A model generated the notes under the pieces. The model searched no databases, was not told the origin of the DNA, and was given only the letters and a program-made list of their open reading frames with translations. A stretch of 63,961 bases of DNA, counting the filler, from Octopus bimaculoides (Eukaryota), in the NCBI RefSeq assembly GCF_001194135.2. It is 7 parts of 5 records of this genome, joined end to end, with 100 filler letters (N's around TTAATTAATTAA, not from the genome) between each part and the next. Parts side by side here need not be neighbours in the genome. Positions count along the whole stretch, not along the records: positions 1 to 6,699 come from NW_026308147.1; positions 6,800 to 18,815 come from NC_068985.1; 5 more parts are not named here. One strand, written 5' to 3'. Made by a program: the position numbers and the translations under genes. Below are positions 1 to 12,239 of this stretch, piece after piece. The first letter of the stretch is position 1. Each line of letters opens with the position of its first letter.

Positions 1-66
1 GATGACGATGATGATGATGATGATGACGATGATGATGATGATGATGATGATGACGACGACGACGAC

Positions 67-105
<39 letters not shown>

Positions 106-239
106 AAAGACGGCGACGACGATGTTGATGCTGATGATGATGATGATGATCATGACGATCGTGATGATGATGACGACGTCGACGACGACGAGGACGACGA
201 TGATGATGCTTATGATGACCACCATCACCATAGATATCG

Positions 240-274
<35 letters not shown>

Positions 275-290
275 GTCGTCGTCGTCGTCG
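1..290. repeat. Compound trinucleotide microsatellite (GAT/GAC)n switching to (CAT)n and (CGT)n
   Basis: Directly visible; source of the poly-Met/Ile ORF 2..304. Confidence 0.97.
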
Positions 291-1506
291 TCACAGAAAG
301 ATAGCCTATCGAAGAGGCCGACAATCATACAGATACAGTGAATCAGTGGAATTCTAGGAAAACTGGTGGTCGCCTGTGTCATTGAACAGAAATACAAATA
401 AATCAAATTGCGGACAAAATGTTCAGCGGTGAGGAAAAGAAATGTAACGTTTCAAGCAGCATTCTTTCAACAGAGATAGGAACAGAGAGAGACAGAGAGG
501 GAGGAAGAAAGAAAAAGACACATACATAGATACATATATGCATAAATAGATGCAACTCTATNNNNNNNNNNNNNNNNNNNNNNNNNNNNNNNNNNNNNNN
601 NNNNNNNNNNNNNNNNNNNNNNNNNNNNNNNNNNNNNNNNNNNNNNNNNNNNNNNNNNNNNNNNNNNNNNNNNNNNNNNNNNNNNNNNNNNNNNNNNNNN
701 NNNNNNNNNNNNNNNNNNNNNNNNNNNNNNNNNNNNNNNNNNNNNNNNNNNNNNNNNNNNNNNNNNNNNNNNNNNNNNNNNNNNNNNNNNNNNNNNNNNN
801 NNNNNNNNNNNNNNNNNNNNNNNNNNNNNNNNNNNNNNNNNNNNNNNNNNNNNNNNNNNNNNNNNNNNNNNNNNNNNNNNNNNNNNNNNNNNNNNNNNNN
901 NNNNNNNNNNNNNNNNNNNNNNNNNNNNNNNNNNNNNNNNNNNNNNNNNNNNNNNNNNNNNNNNNNNNNNNNNNNNNNNNNNNNNNNNNNNNNNNNNNNN
1001 NNNNNNNNNNNNNNNNNNNNNNNNNNNNNNNNNNNNNNNNNNNNNNNNNNNNNNNNNNNNNNNNNNNNNNNNNNNNNNNNNNNNNNNNNNNNNNNNNNNN
1101 NNNNNNNNNNNNNNNNNNNNNNNNNNNNNNNNNNNNNNNNNNNNNNNNNNNNNNNNNNNNNNNNNNNNNNNNNNNNNNNNNNNNNNNNNNNNNNNNNNNN
1201 NNNNNNNNNNNNNNNNNNNNNNNNNNNNNNNNNNNNNNNNNNNNNNNNNNNNNNNNNNNNNNNNNNNNNNNNNNNNNNNNNNNNNNNNNNNNNNNNNNNN
1301 NNNNNNNNNNNNNNNNNNNNNNNNNNNNNNNNNNNNNNNNNNNNNNNNNNNNNNNNNNNNNNNNNNNNNNNNNNNNNNNNNNNNNNNNNNNNNNNNNNNN
1401 NNNNNNNNNNNNNNNNNNNNNNNNNNNNNNNNNNNNNNNNNNNNNNNNNNNNNNNNNNNNNNNNNNNNNNNNNNNNNNNNNNNNNNNNNNNNNNNNNNNN
1501 NNNNNN

Positions 1507-1537
<31 letters not shown>

Positions 1538-1627
1538 GGAGTAAGCACATAAAATGTGCAACAAGGTGGAAAAAAGAGTACTGAAATACCAGAGGTAGAG
1601 TAATATGCTTTATTTAAAAGCAGCAGA

Positions 1628-1725
1628 AATATAACAAAAGACTGTTACTCGGAATTTCACGTTCCCGTTCATCGGACATTTTTGTTTCTAACGTGAAACT
1701 CCGAGTAACAGTCTTTTGTTATATT
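1628..1725. repeat. 36-bp inverted repeat with 26-nt loop
   Basis: 1628-1663 is the reverse complement of 1690-1725 with one mismatch. Confidence 0.95.
1643..1678 (-). ncRNA. Minimal type I hammerhead ribozyme motif (Penelope-type)
   Basis: Minus strand reads UGU-CCGAUGA-ACG GGAA CGU-GAAA-UUC C GAG-UA/ACA: 3-bp stem I, core with U4C, GNRA-capped stem II, near-palindromic stem III, GUA cleavage triplet. Confidence 0.55.
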
Positions 1726-1836
1726 ATAAGAGACCACTAAGTGGACTGCTAATGTGCTAGAAGAAGATCACTTAAAAATTCTCAAAAATTCTCTTCTTCT
1801 AGTACATTAGCAGTCCATTTTGAGGTCTCTTTTATA
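1726..1836. repeat. Imperfect inverted repeat (hairpin)
   Basis: gtggactgctaatgtgctagaagaaga (1741-1767) pairs with tcttcttctagtacattagcagtccat (1792-1818); outer aagagacc/ggtctctt also pair. Confidence 0.9.
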
Positions 1837-2324
1837 TATACATATACAATAATACTTTTGAGATCTCAGAAATTTTTTTCTGAATCTTCTGATTCTTTTA
1901 ATGTGCTGGTTTCCTGGTATTAAATTGATATTAATTAATATCAAATTTTTGCCCTATTATGTTAATATATACATACATATAGCATGTGGTTGGCAGTGAC
2001 TATGCGCCACTGACAAGGCACAAGTCAGGAATTAACATCCAGCATCCTCACTACTGCTGCTGGTACTTTTGTGAGTACGTCCACAAGAAATATTATCTCC
2101 GGACGAACAGCGCAGTAAATTTGCAGTGTTTTTACATTAAGTATGATATACAGATCGATATTTTAGTCTAATAGAGCGTCTGTTGCATATAGCAAATTTT
2201 TACTCAACCAGACAGACATTTACAACGGCAGTATTTGTTCAATAGTGGTTGTTTAATGACTGTTTTCCTATATCAATAATGTATGTATGTGTGTATATCT
2301 ATACATACATACATATATATACAT

Positions 2325-2361
<37 letters not shown>

Positions 2362-3267
2362 NNNNNNNNNNNNNNNNNNNNNNNNNNNNNNNNNNNNNNN
2401 NNNNNNNNNNNNNNNNNNNNNNNNNNNNNNNNNNNNNNNNNNNNNNNNNNNNNNNNNNNNNNNNNNNNNNNNNNNNNNNNNNNNNNNNNNNNNNNNNNNN
2501 NNNNNNNNNNNNNNNNNNNNNNNNNNNNNNNNNNNNNNNNNNNNNNNNNNNNNNNNNNNNNNNNNNNNNNNNNNNNNNNNNNNNNNNNNNNNNNNNNNNN
2601 NNNNNNNNNNNNNNNNNNNNNNNNNNNNNNNNNNNNNNNNNNNNNNNNNNNNNNNNNNNNNNNNNNNNNNNNNNNNNNNNNNNNNNNNNNNNNNNNNNNN
2701 NNNNNNNNNNNNNNNNNNNNNNNNNNNNNNNNNNNNNNNNNNNNNNNNNNNNNNNNNNNNNNNNNNNNNNNNNNNNNNNNNNNNNNNNNNNNNNNNNNNN
2801 NNNNNNNNNNNNNNNNNNNNNNNNNNNNNNNNNNNNNNNNNNNNNNNNNNNNNNNNNNNNNNNNNNNNNNNNNNNNNNNNNNNNNNNNNNNNNNNNNNNN
2901 NNNNNNNNNNNNNNNNNNNNNNNNNNNNNNNNNNNNNNNNNNNNNNNNNNNNNNNNNNNNNNNNNNNNNNNNNNNNNNNNNNNNNNNNNNNNNNNNNNNN
3001 NNNNNNNNNNNNNNNNNNNNNNNNNNNNNNNNNNNNNNNNNNNNNNNNNNNNNNNNNNNNNNNNNNNNNNNNNNNNNNNNNNNNNNNNNNNNNNNNNNNN
3101 NNNNNNNNNNNNNNNNNNNNNNNNNNNNNNNNNNNNNNNNNNNNNNNNNNNNNNNNNNNNNNNNNNNNNNNNNNNNNNNNNNNNNNNNNNNNNNNNNNNN
3201 NNNNNNNNNNNNNNNNNNNNNNNNNNNNNNNNNNNNNNNNNNNNNNNNNNNNNNNNNNNNNNNNNNA

Positions 3268-3386
3268 TCATCATTATCATCATCATCATCATTATCATCA
3301 TCATCATCATTATCATCATCGTCATCATCATCATTATCATCATCATCATCATCATCATTATCATCATCATCATCATCATCATCATT

Positions 3387-3454
<68 letters not shown>

Positions 3455-3458
3455 TATC

Positions 3459-3509
<51 letters not shown>

Positions 3510-3520
3510 GTTATCATCAA
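3268..3520. repeat. (CAT)n microsatellite
   Basis: Directly visible, abuts an N gap. Confidence 0.97.
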
Positions 3521-4827
3521 CATTATCAATATGGATCACATAATATAACTTTCATTACCACATTACTGCTCTCCATTCCACAGAAACCTTCTAACACCAA
3601 TATAATTTCTACACTGCAAAAAATGCATATTCTTCTTTCCTGTGTTACAGAAGAAAAACATTTGGTGAGGCCTAGGGAGAGGGTATGTTGCTTGTTTTTT
3701 TTTTTTTTCTCAATTTTATTCTGCTGATATACATATATGTCCATATGTGTGTGTATGTGTGTGCGTGTATGTGTGGTGTGTGTGTGTTTGTGTACATAGT
3801 TTGTGCATGTGCATACAAATTTGTGTATGGATGTACAGGTGCGTGCATGATTGTATGAATAAATTTACACATATACACACACACATACACACACATTTAT
3901 ATATATATTTCTGCCATGAGTTTATTTTCCTACATTAACATTTTTTTTGTAAGTTACATTTTGATGGAGTTGTTTTGTCTTTGTTTTCGTTCTTTTTTTT
4001 TTCTTTTTTTTTTNNNNNNNNNNNNNNNNNNNNNNNNNNNNNNNNNNNNNNNNNNNNNNNNNNNNNNNNNNNNNNNNNNNNNNNNNNNNNNNNNNNNNNN
4101 NNNNNNNNNNNNNNNNNNNNNNNNNNNNNNNNNNNNNNNNNNNNNNNNNNNNNNNNNNNNNNNNNNNNNNNNNNNNNNNNNNNNNNNNNNNNNNNNNNNN
4201 NNNNNNNNNNNNNNNNNNNNNNNNNNNNNNNNNNNNNNNNNNNNNNNNNNNNNNNNNNNNNNNNNNNNNNNNNNNNNNNNNNNNNNNNNNNNNNNNNNNN
4301 NNNNNNNNNNNNNNNNNNNNNNNNNNNNNNNNNNNNNNNNNNNNNNNNNNNNNNNNNNNNNNNNNNNNNNNNNNNNNNNNNNNNNNNNNNNNNNNNNNNN
4401 NNNNNNNNNNNNNNNNNNNNNNNNNNNNNNNNNNNNNNNNNNNNNNNNNNNNNNNNNNNNNNNNNNNNNNNNNNNNNNNNNNNNNNNNNNNNNNNNNNNN
4501 NNNNNNNNNNNNNNNNNNNNNNNNNNNNNNNNNNNNNNNNNNNNNNNNNNNNNNNNNNNNNNNNNNNNNNNNNNNNNNNNNNNNNNNNNNNNNNNNNNNN
4601 NNNNNNNNNNNNNNNNNNNNNNNNNNNNNNNNNNNNNNNNNNNNNNNNNNNNNNNNNNNNNNNNNNNNNNNNNNNNNNNNNNNNNNNNNNNNNNNNNNNN
4701 NNNNNNNNNNNNNNNNNNNNNNNNNNNNNNNNNNNNNNNNNNNNNNNNNNNNNNNNNNNNNNNNNNNNNNNNNNNNNNNNNNNNNNNNNNNNNNNNNNNN
4801 NNNNNNNNNNNNNNNNNNNNNNNNNNN

Positions 4828-4881
<54 letters not shown>

Positions 4882-5244
4882 ACTCTGAATTTTAGAGTTT
4901 CTTCCTTTCTTGCTTTGCATCTAAAATCCTCTTTTCTGTCTCAATATTTTACCATCATTTCAATCTTTTTTTAATTTTCCTTCTTATCTATTATTCTTTC
5001 CTGCATCCCTTTCCGTATTTTGGTTTCTTTTCTAACTACTTTTTCTTCATTTCTTTCATACGTTTCATCTCTTTTCGCACATCTTTTATTAATATATCTA
5101 TTTGTTTTTGTTTTTTATTTCATTATTCTTTGACTTCTGTTTTTTTCGTTCTTTTCCAATATTTTTGTACTTTTATTTCTTCGTTGCCTTCAATCAAGTT
5201 TATTCTTCTGGATCTTCCGTCTATAATCTCCATTTTCTCCCCAC

Positions 5245-5425
5245 CACCACCTGACAACCGGCGCTGTTTGTTTACGTACCGTAACTAAGCAGTTCGACAA
5301 AAGGTACCAATACAAGAAGAAATAAGTACTAGGGCCGATCAGTTTGACTAAACCCTTCAAGGCGATGCTCCAGTATGGCTGCAGTCCAATAACTAAAACA
5401 AGTTAACGATATAAGATAAAAGATG
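5245..5425 (+). mobile_element. tRNA-derived SINE family B, degenerate 3' half
   Basis: Similar to 3' halves of copies at 46515-46875 and 59988-60335. Confidence 0.7.
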
Positions 5426-5468
5426 ATTTATTACCAATATCCTCAGCCACTTCTACTATCCCGCTCTT

Positions 5469-5684
5469 TTACTCTTTTACTTGTTTCAGTCATTTGACTG
5501 CGGCCATGCTGGAGCACCGCCTTTAGTTGAGCAAATCGACCCCAGGACTTATTCTTTGGAAGCCTAGTACTTATTCTATCGGTCTCTTTTGCCGAATCGC
5601 TAGTTTACGGGTACGTAAACACACCAGCATCGGTTGTCAAGCGATGTTGGGGGGACAAACACAGACACACAAATATATACACAC

Positions 5685-5727
<43 letters not shown>
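5469..5727 (-). mobile_element. tRNA-derived SINE family B, 3' half running into (AT)n and a gap
   Basis: cttttacttgtttcagtcatttgactgcggccatgctggagcaccgcc... near-identical to 37761-37960. Confidence 0.9.
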
Positions 5728-6135
5728 NNNNNNNNNNNNNNNNNNNNNNNNNNNNNNNNNNNNNNNNNNNNNNNNNNNNNNNNNNNNNNNNNNNNNNNNN
5801 NNNNNNNNNNNNNNNNNNNNNNNNNNNNNNNNNNNNNNNNNNNNNNNNNNNNNNNNNNNNNNNNNNNNNNNNNNNNNNNNNNNNNNNNNNNNNNNNNNNN
5901 NNNNNNNNNNNNNNNNNNNNNNNNNNNNNNNNNNNNNNNNNNNNNNNNNNNNNNNNNNNNNNNNNNNNNNNNNNNNNNNNNNNNNNNNNNNNNNNNNNNN
6001 NNNNNNNNNNNNNNNNNNNNNNNNNNNNNNNNNNNNNNNNNNNNNNNNNNNNNNNNNNNNNNNNNNNNNNNNNNNNNNNNNNNNNNNNNGTCTCTCTTAA
6101 TACCTTCAACAATCGGTCTGTGTATGTCCTTATGC

Positions 6136-6207
<72 letters not shown>

Positions 6208-6208
6208 G

Positions 6209-6243
<35 letters not shown>

Positions 6244-6244
6244 G

Positions 6245-6312
<68 letters not shown>
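6136..6312. repeat. (AGAT)n microsatellite
   Basis: Directly visible. Confidence 0.97.
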
Positions 6313-6699
6313 TACATACACACATACACATAAATACATATATGCTATATATACGGGTGTTTGTGCGTCTATTATGTATACATATATATATATGCAAGTA
6401 TAAATACATATAAATATACATATATTTATACAGACATTCTCATACACGTAAACATATATATGTATATGTTCAAATACATGTGTTTGTGTATGTATGTATG
6501 TATGTACACACACACACGCACACATTTGTATCTCATCATCATCGTTTTCCCCACCACCATCATCAACATCATATATACCTTTCTTATGCAATGCATGCCG
6601 TTTTATATGATCAGTTAAATATACATATCTTATCACTATAAACTTCCATTTGACTATATACAAAATAAATTTGATATATCAGCTGAAGTATATTGATAT

Positions 6700-6799
6700 N
6701 NNNNNNNNNNNNNNNNNNNNNNNNNNNNNNNNNNNNNNNNNNNTTAATTAATTAANNNNNNNNNNNNNNNNNNNNNNNNNNNNNNNNNNNNNNNNNNNN
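6700..6799. other. Assembly linker 44N-TTAATTAATTAA-44N
   Basis: Exactly 100 bp; identical construct occurs six times; palindrome puts a stop in all six frames. Confidence 0.95.
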
Positions 6800-7374
6800 T
6801 TGTAAACAGAGAGTTACTTACGTTTCTTGCTTAAATAAAAGAAATTTTATTTAACAAACTGTGACGCTAAAGACCGAGGTTACCGTGGTCTTTTCGTAGG
6901 TTTTTCTTTCCACGGATAACCTCCCCATTTATTGGGAATTTTTTGTATTATTTCGTATTTTTTGTAAATACCCCAAACGTTTTGCGATGTTTTTTTTTCA
7001 TCGTTGTCCCCACTTTTGTTTTTTTTTCTGCTTTGTTTTCGACCCCCTCGAAAAGAAAAACTCTACATTTGTATTTTGTCCACTCTGTGTTGAGCCCTGT
7101 GTGGCTAATAAAGAAACATATCTATCTATCTATCTAACTTTCGTACTACATCATTTTGGCAAAGGAAAGATTATGTAATCCAAAGTAGCTTCTTAAAATA
7201 ATGAGTAGTCACGGCTAAAAGGTTTCTAATCATAGGTCTGTGTAATCCTAGCTCTTCTGGTGCCAACCAAAAACCCTAACGCTCCCTCTCTCCTTCTCTC
7301 CCTCTCTCTCTCTCTGTACATATATATGCGTGTGTGTGTATGTGTATTTACACACACGCGCACACACGCAAATA

Positions 7375-8122
7375 TTGGGTCATCCCATAAATAATGCGTC
7401 TTTCTCAATTGCATGAACTAAAAGTCGGAGGGTGGGGGGCTGGATAAACTACCTGCATCAATTTCCTATAAAAGAAAGCAGGTAGTAATTTCACCTTGCA
7501 CTTATTCTTAGTGCAAGTTTTGAAGAGTGCAGCTCGATTTTAACAGTTATTTTTTTCAAAACTTTAATGGAAGTGGCAAAGGATCATATTCGGCATATTT
7601 TACCTCATGAGTTCAATAAAGGGTAGAACGCAACGGAAAATACGAGGAATATTAATGCAGTATATGGGGATCCGACAATAGGCGTAAGCCAGTGTCAACG
7701 GTAGATCAAGAAATTCTGAGCCGGAAACTACAACCTAGATGACGAGCCTCGTCCTGGAAGACCTGTAGAGCTCTTCGAAGACATCCTGGTGGAACAAAAT
7801 CCCATTGTAAGTGTTGAGGAACTATCAGAGAAGCTTGGGTTTGGTCATTCAGCCATTCATATGCATCTGTGTGCCATTGAAAAAGTTAGCAAATTGGGTC
7901 AATGGGTCTAATCGCGTGCAGAGAGTGAATTGTGGTCTTTGCTGTCACGTCTCACGAATGAACCTTTTTTGCCCCACTCACCATATTCGCCGGACATTGT
8001 TCCGTCTTATTAGCATTTATTCCGCAGTCTTCAAAATCATTTGGATGGAGAAAATATGAATTTTGTAGATATGGTCAGAATATTACTGGAGGAGTATTTT
8101 TCGTCACGAACTAGCGAATTTT
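7375..8122 (+). mobile_element. Degenerate, internally deleted mariner transposon
   Basis: TIR-like gggtcatcccataaataatgcg after TA; ATG at 7567 gives MEVAKDHIRHIL..., DDEPRPGRP, LGQWV and PHSPYSPDIVPSY*HLFRSLQNHL (mariner WVPH and YSPDL motifs) with stops and frameshifts. Confidence 0.85.
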
Positions 8123-8668
8123 ATATATTGTTTATATACTCAACAAATGCAGCAGTTACTCTATGAGGGGGTCCCTAATTTGCATATCGAAGGCATTTAA
8201 CTCTCTATAAATGCCAGGGGCTTGTCATCGGGGATCTTAGTATACACAGTATCAAAGTATGATATAATAAATATGTGACATATANNNNNNNNNNNNNNNN
8301 NNNNNNNNNNNNNNNNNNNNNNNNNNNNNNNNNNNNNNNNNNNNNNNNNNNNNNNNNNNNNNNNNNNNNNNNNNNNNNNNNNNNNNNNNNNNNNNNNNNN
8401 NNNNNNNNNNNNNNNNNNNNNNNNNNNNNNNNNNNNNNNNNNNNNNNNNNNNNNNNNNNNNNNNNNNNNNNNNNNNNNNNNNNNNNNNNNNNNNNNNNNN
8501 NNNNNNNNNNNNNNNNNNNNNNNNNNNNNNNNNNNNNNNNNNNNNNNNNNNNNNNNNNNNNNNNNNNNAAGGACACATTAAATGGAGTGTCTCTGCATTC
8601 CAGACGGTATAGCCTCCGATGGAATGCCTTTCATTGTTTCACTGCTGGATCATGAGTAAACGAGGGAC

Positions 8669-8772
8669 ATCATCATCATCATGATCACCACCACCATCAT
8701 CACCAACACCGCCACCACCACCACCACCAGCACCATCACCGCCACCATCATTATCCCCACCACCACTACCAT

Positions 8773-8822
<50 letters not shown>

Positions 8823-9081
8823 CTACCACCACCATTATCATCATCATCATCATCACTACCACCACCACAACTACCACCACAACCACCACTAACACCACTA
8901 CCATCACCATCTTCCTCTTTCTCCCCCTACCCATCCTGCTCTTCCTCTTCTTCCACTTCATCGTCATCATCATCATCATCGTCATCATCATCAATAATAA
9001 AAACAGCAACAACAGCCACCACCGCGCAACCAGCCAGAGAGCCAGCGAGCCAGCGAGTTTGCCGGCCAGCCAGCCAGCCAA

Positions 9082-9124
<43 letters not shown>

Positions 9125-9145
9125 ACCAACCAACCAGCCGACCAA
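8669..9145. repeat. Compound microsatellite (CAT/CAC)n followed by (CCAG)n
   Basis: Directly visible; source of ORFs 8650..9195 and 8681..9184. Confidence 0.95.
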
Positions 9146-9592
9146 GCCACTTTTCTCCTAAATCGATGGTTAATTAGAGTATGAGAAATAAACAAAATAT
9201 TATTTACGAAATCTAAATCACTTCAAGTTCTGTGTGTGTGTGTGTGTGTGTGTGTTTTGGTTTTTTCCTTTTAGTTGAAAGTAATTTGAAGACTTGACTA
9301 ACGATGTCTAATTAGATGCGTTTCTTAGTTAATTCGATCATTGTCAAAAGTCACCGCCCGTTCCTAACAATGTGTAATAGATAGCAACAGCCTGACTAGA
9401 ATTAGATTTGGCGTGTGAAAGTGAAGGAGAGAAAGAGGGGGAGAAGGAGTGGGGGAGAGGGAGAGAGAGAGAGAGAGACAGGTGGGTAATTTTGTTCGCT
9501 GCACCTACTGGTTATGCTTCACGTCAGGGGTTTCTGCTTAGAAGAGCTTTACAATTATTCCTTCTTCAGAGCACTTCTACACTTATTTATGC

Positions 9593-9660
<68 letters not shown>

Positions 9661-9982
9661 GTATGTCTGTCTGTCTATCTATAGTCACACACACACACAT
9701 ACACACTCAGAATTCAAATTAACAGATAAGAAAAGACGAAGTCAGGTGAGGGAACAACAAGTGGGTGTATTAGTTTGACGCTCGGGAAGAATGGAAAATG
9801 TCTCTGACGTTTCGAGTCTACGCTCTTCGACAAAAGAACTGAGAGCAAAGAGATGAAGAGAACGAAAAAAAAAAGCGGAGAGAAAATATGTATAGGGATT
9901 AACATATATATATATATGCACACACATGCACATACATACGTACATACATACATACATACATACATACATACATACATACATA

Positions 9983-10437
9983 GCTGCCCAGCAGAAGTTA
10001 ATATAAAGCTGAAGATCAGTGAAAAAGAGAATACCTATGCTGATCTATTGAGAAATCTGCAGTTACTCTATCCAGATTAGAAGTTCAGGTTTATACCTGT
10101 AATTATTGGGGCACTGGAATATGTAACACACTGCCTAAATACCAATCTTGAGTGATTAGGCTTCCCAAAACCAGAAAAGAGAAAGCTGATTCGAAGATTA
10201 AATCTGTAAAACTTTCCGGAAGTTTATCATTTAAATATATATGAGCATCTCGAGATATGCAACTATATGCATGAGAATACATACTTAAAACATACAAATC
10301 TGCACATACATACATACATACATACATACAAAAATACCCTGTTGCTGATGTTGAAATTCTAATGAAGAAGCCTTAGATCTAGGTTAGAAACCGGTTCTTT
10401 TTCTATTGGCTAGAAATCTTGAAATAAATTGAATAAT
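9983..10437 (+). mobile_element. 3' end of RLE-type (R4/Dong-like) LINE, family 2
   Basis: CPAEVNIKLKISEKENTYADLLRNLQLLYPD*KFRFIPVIIGALE resembles the RLE endonuclease C-terminus; 3' UTR recurs inverted at 62372-62678. Confidence 0.65.
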
Positions 10438-10642
10438 CTTTTCTACTCTAGGCACGAGGCCCGAAATTTTTGGGGAGGGGGCAAGTCGATTAGATGGACC
10501 CCAGATCGTAACTGGTACTTAATTTATCGACCCCGAAAGGATGAAAGGCAAAGTCGACCTCGGCGGAATTAGAACTCAGAATGTAAAGACAGACGAAATA
10601 CCGCAAAGCATTGCGCCCGGCATGCTAACGTTTCTGCCAGCT
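10438..10642 (-). mobile_element. tRNA-derived SINE family A (central gaggtcgactttgcctttcatcctttcggggtcgataaa domain, Nin/Deu-like)
   Basis: Matches about 15 other copies in the window; B-box-like gagttc(a/t)aattcc on the minus strand. Confidence 0.9.
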
Positions 10643-10756
10643 TTGGTCGGCCCGAGGCTATAGTAGAAGATACTTGGCCAAGATGCCACGCAGTGGGAAT
10701 GAACCCGGAACCATGTGGTTCGTAAGCAAGCTATTTACCACACAGTCATTCCTGCG

Positions 10757-10758
<2 letters not shown>
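10643..10758 (-). mobile_element. SINE family B, 5' half
   Basis: tRNA-like head and CORE-like ggcaccttgggcaagtgtcttctactatagcc segment. Confidence 0.85.
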
Positions 10759-10789
<31 letters not shown>

Positions 10790-10792
<3 letters not shown>

Positions 10793-11135
10793 AGGTAAAG
10801 ACTCTCTTCGGTCATTAATGACCATCGGATTGCACCTTGAAAGTTCCCCCTCAAAGGCATAAGTCCGGGAGCAAGGTTGTTTTATGGAAGACCAGCAGTC
10901 GCCCATGCATACCAGCCTCCCCTCATTACGTCACCGATGCTATCCAAGGGGGGAGGCAAAGGCCGATACAGCCTGGCACCAGTGACTTCGCCACTCATTT
11001 CTGCAGCTGAGTGAACTGGAACAACGTGAAATATATTTCTGTGTTTTGCTCAATAACACAACATACAGCTCGGTTCGGGAATCGAACTCACTACCTCATG
11101 ATTGTAAGCCAGATGCTTTAGCCACTGAGCCATGC
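10790..11135 (-). mobile_element. tRNA-derived SINE family D
   Basis: Minus strand begins gcatggctcagtggctaaagc...gagttcgattccc (A and B boxes); related decayed copy near 61590-61860. Confidence 0.75.
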
Positions 11136-11176
11136 ATTACACGCACTCACATACGTACAACAGCTCGTACATAGTT

Positions 11177-11614
11177 TCTTATTTCTTTATTGCCCACAAG
11201 GGGCTAAACACAGAGGGGACAAAGAGGGACAGACAAAGGGATTAAGTCGATTACATTGACCCCAGTGCGTAACTGGTACTTAATTTATCGACGCCGAAAG
11301 GATGAAAGGCAAAGTTGACCTCGGCAGAATTTGAACTCAGAACGTAGCGGCAGACGAAATACCGCTAAGCATTTCGCCCGGCGTGNNNNNNNNNNGCCCA
11401 CAAGGGGCTAAACATAGAGTGGATAAACAAGGACAGACAAAGGGATTAAGTCGATTACATTGATCCCAGTGCGTAACTAGTACTTAATTTATCGACCCCG
11501 AAAGGATGAAAGGCAAAGTCGACCTCGGCGGAATTTGAACTCAGAACGTAGCGGCAGACGAAATACCGCTAAGCATTTCGCCCGGCGTGCTGACGTTTCT
11601 GCCAGCTCGCCGCC
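11177..11614 (-). mobile_element. Two tandem SINE family A copies separated by a 10-N gap
   Basis: 11177-11385 and 11396-11614 are near-identical. Confidence 0.85.
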
Positions 11615-11622
11615 ATGACAGC

Positions 11623-11775
11623 TCGTACACAGTTTCTGTCAGTCAAATTCACTCTTAAGGCATTGGTCGACCCGGGGCTATAGTAGAAGACATTCAAGGA
11701 ACTAAGCAATGGAACTGAACCAGAAACCACACGGTTGCAAAGCAAGCTTCTTAACCACATAGCCACGTCTACGCC
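11623..11775 (-). mobile_element. SINE family B, degenerate 5' half
   Basis: ggggctatagtagaagac...cttaaccacatagccacg matches the family B head. Confidence 0.75.
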
Positions 11776-12239
11776 TGCAAATGCTTCTCTGAGAGAGTAC
11801 AGCTAGCTTTGCCTGCATTCATTTTTATGTAAGATGCCAGGGTGTGATTTGATGGAGATTTGGTTGCTATCTCTACCACGCGGGTCAAACGGACAACTTA
11901 AATCTCTCCTCGCACCATGTTAACACGCTATTAACGTTATTATTGTTGTTGTTGTCGTTTTCCTTTTTCTTTTTGCTTTTGTTGCCGTTATTTAGTCAAG
12001 TGCAGAATTAATAGAGTAGAACGTTGAGGGAAGCGATTCTAACCGTGGCCACCTCGCCTTTGTTTTATTTATTTCCAAGCATAATTCATCTAGGACTATA
12101 TTATTCAATGGGCCCTAAAATTGTTTAAAAAAAAAAAAATGAAAAATATAAAAATAAGACAAAAAATAGTGGGGTGTGTAATTAAGGGGTATTGAGTTTG
12201 GTTGCCAGATTTAACTAATCAACGCGCTCTTTATTAGTT

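Noticed and set aside
403-6421. Long ORFs of 300-490 aa in the track (e.g. 2249..3727, 3916..4974) and similar ones elsewhere
   Set aside because: They consist of N-gap X residues and translated microsatellites (poly-H/D/M/I/Y)
6744-6755. Recurrent TTAATTAATTAA palindrome (also 18860, 45958, 48540, 61448, 62869) as a biological motif
   Set aside because: Always centred in exactly 44+44 Ns; a synthetic six-frame-stop scaffold linker
11177-11614. Tandem SINE A pair as a real dimer
   Set aside because: Separated by a 10-N placeholder and near-identical; may be two haplotypes of one locus and cannot be resolved here
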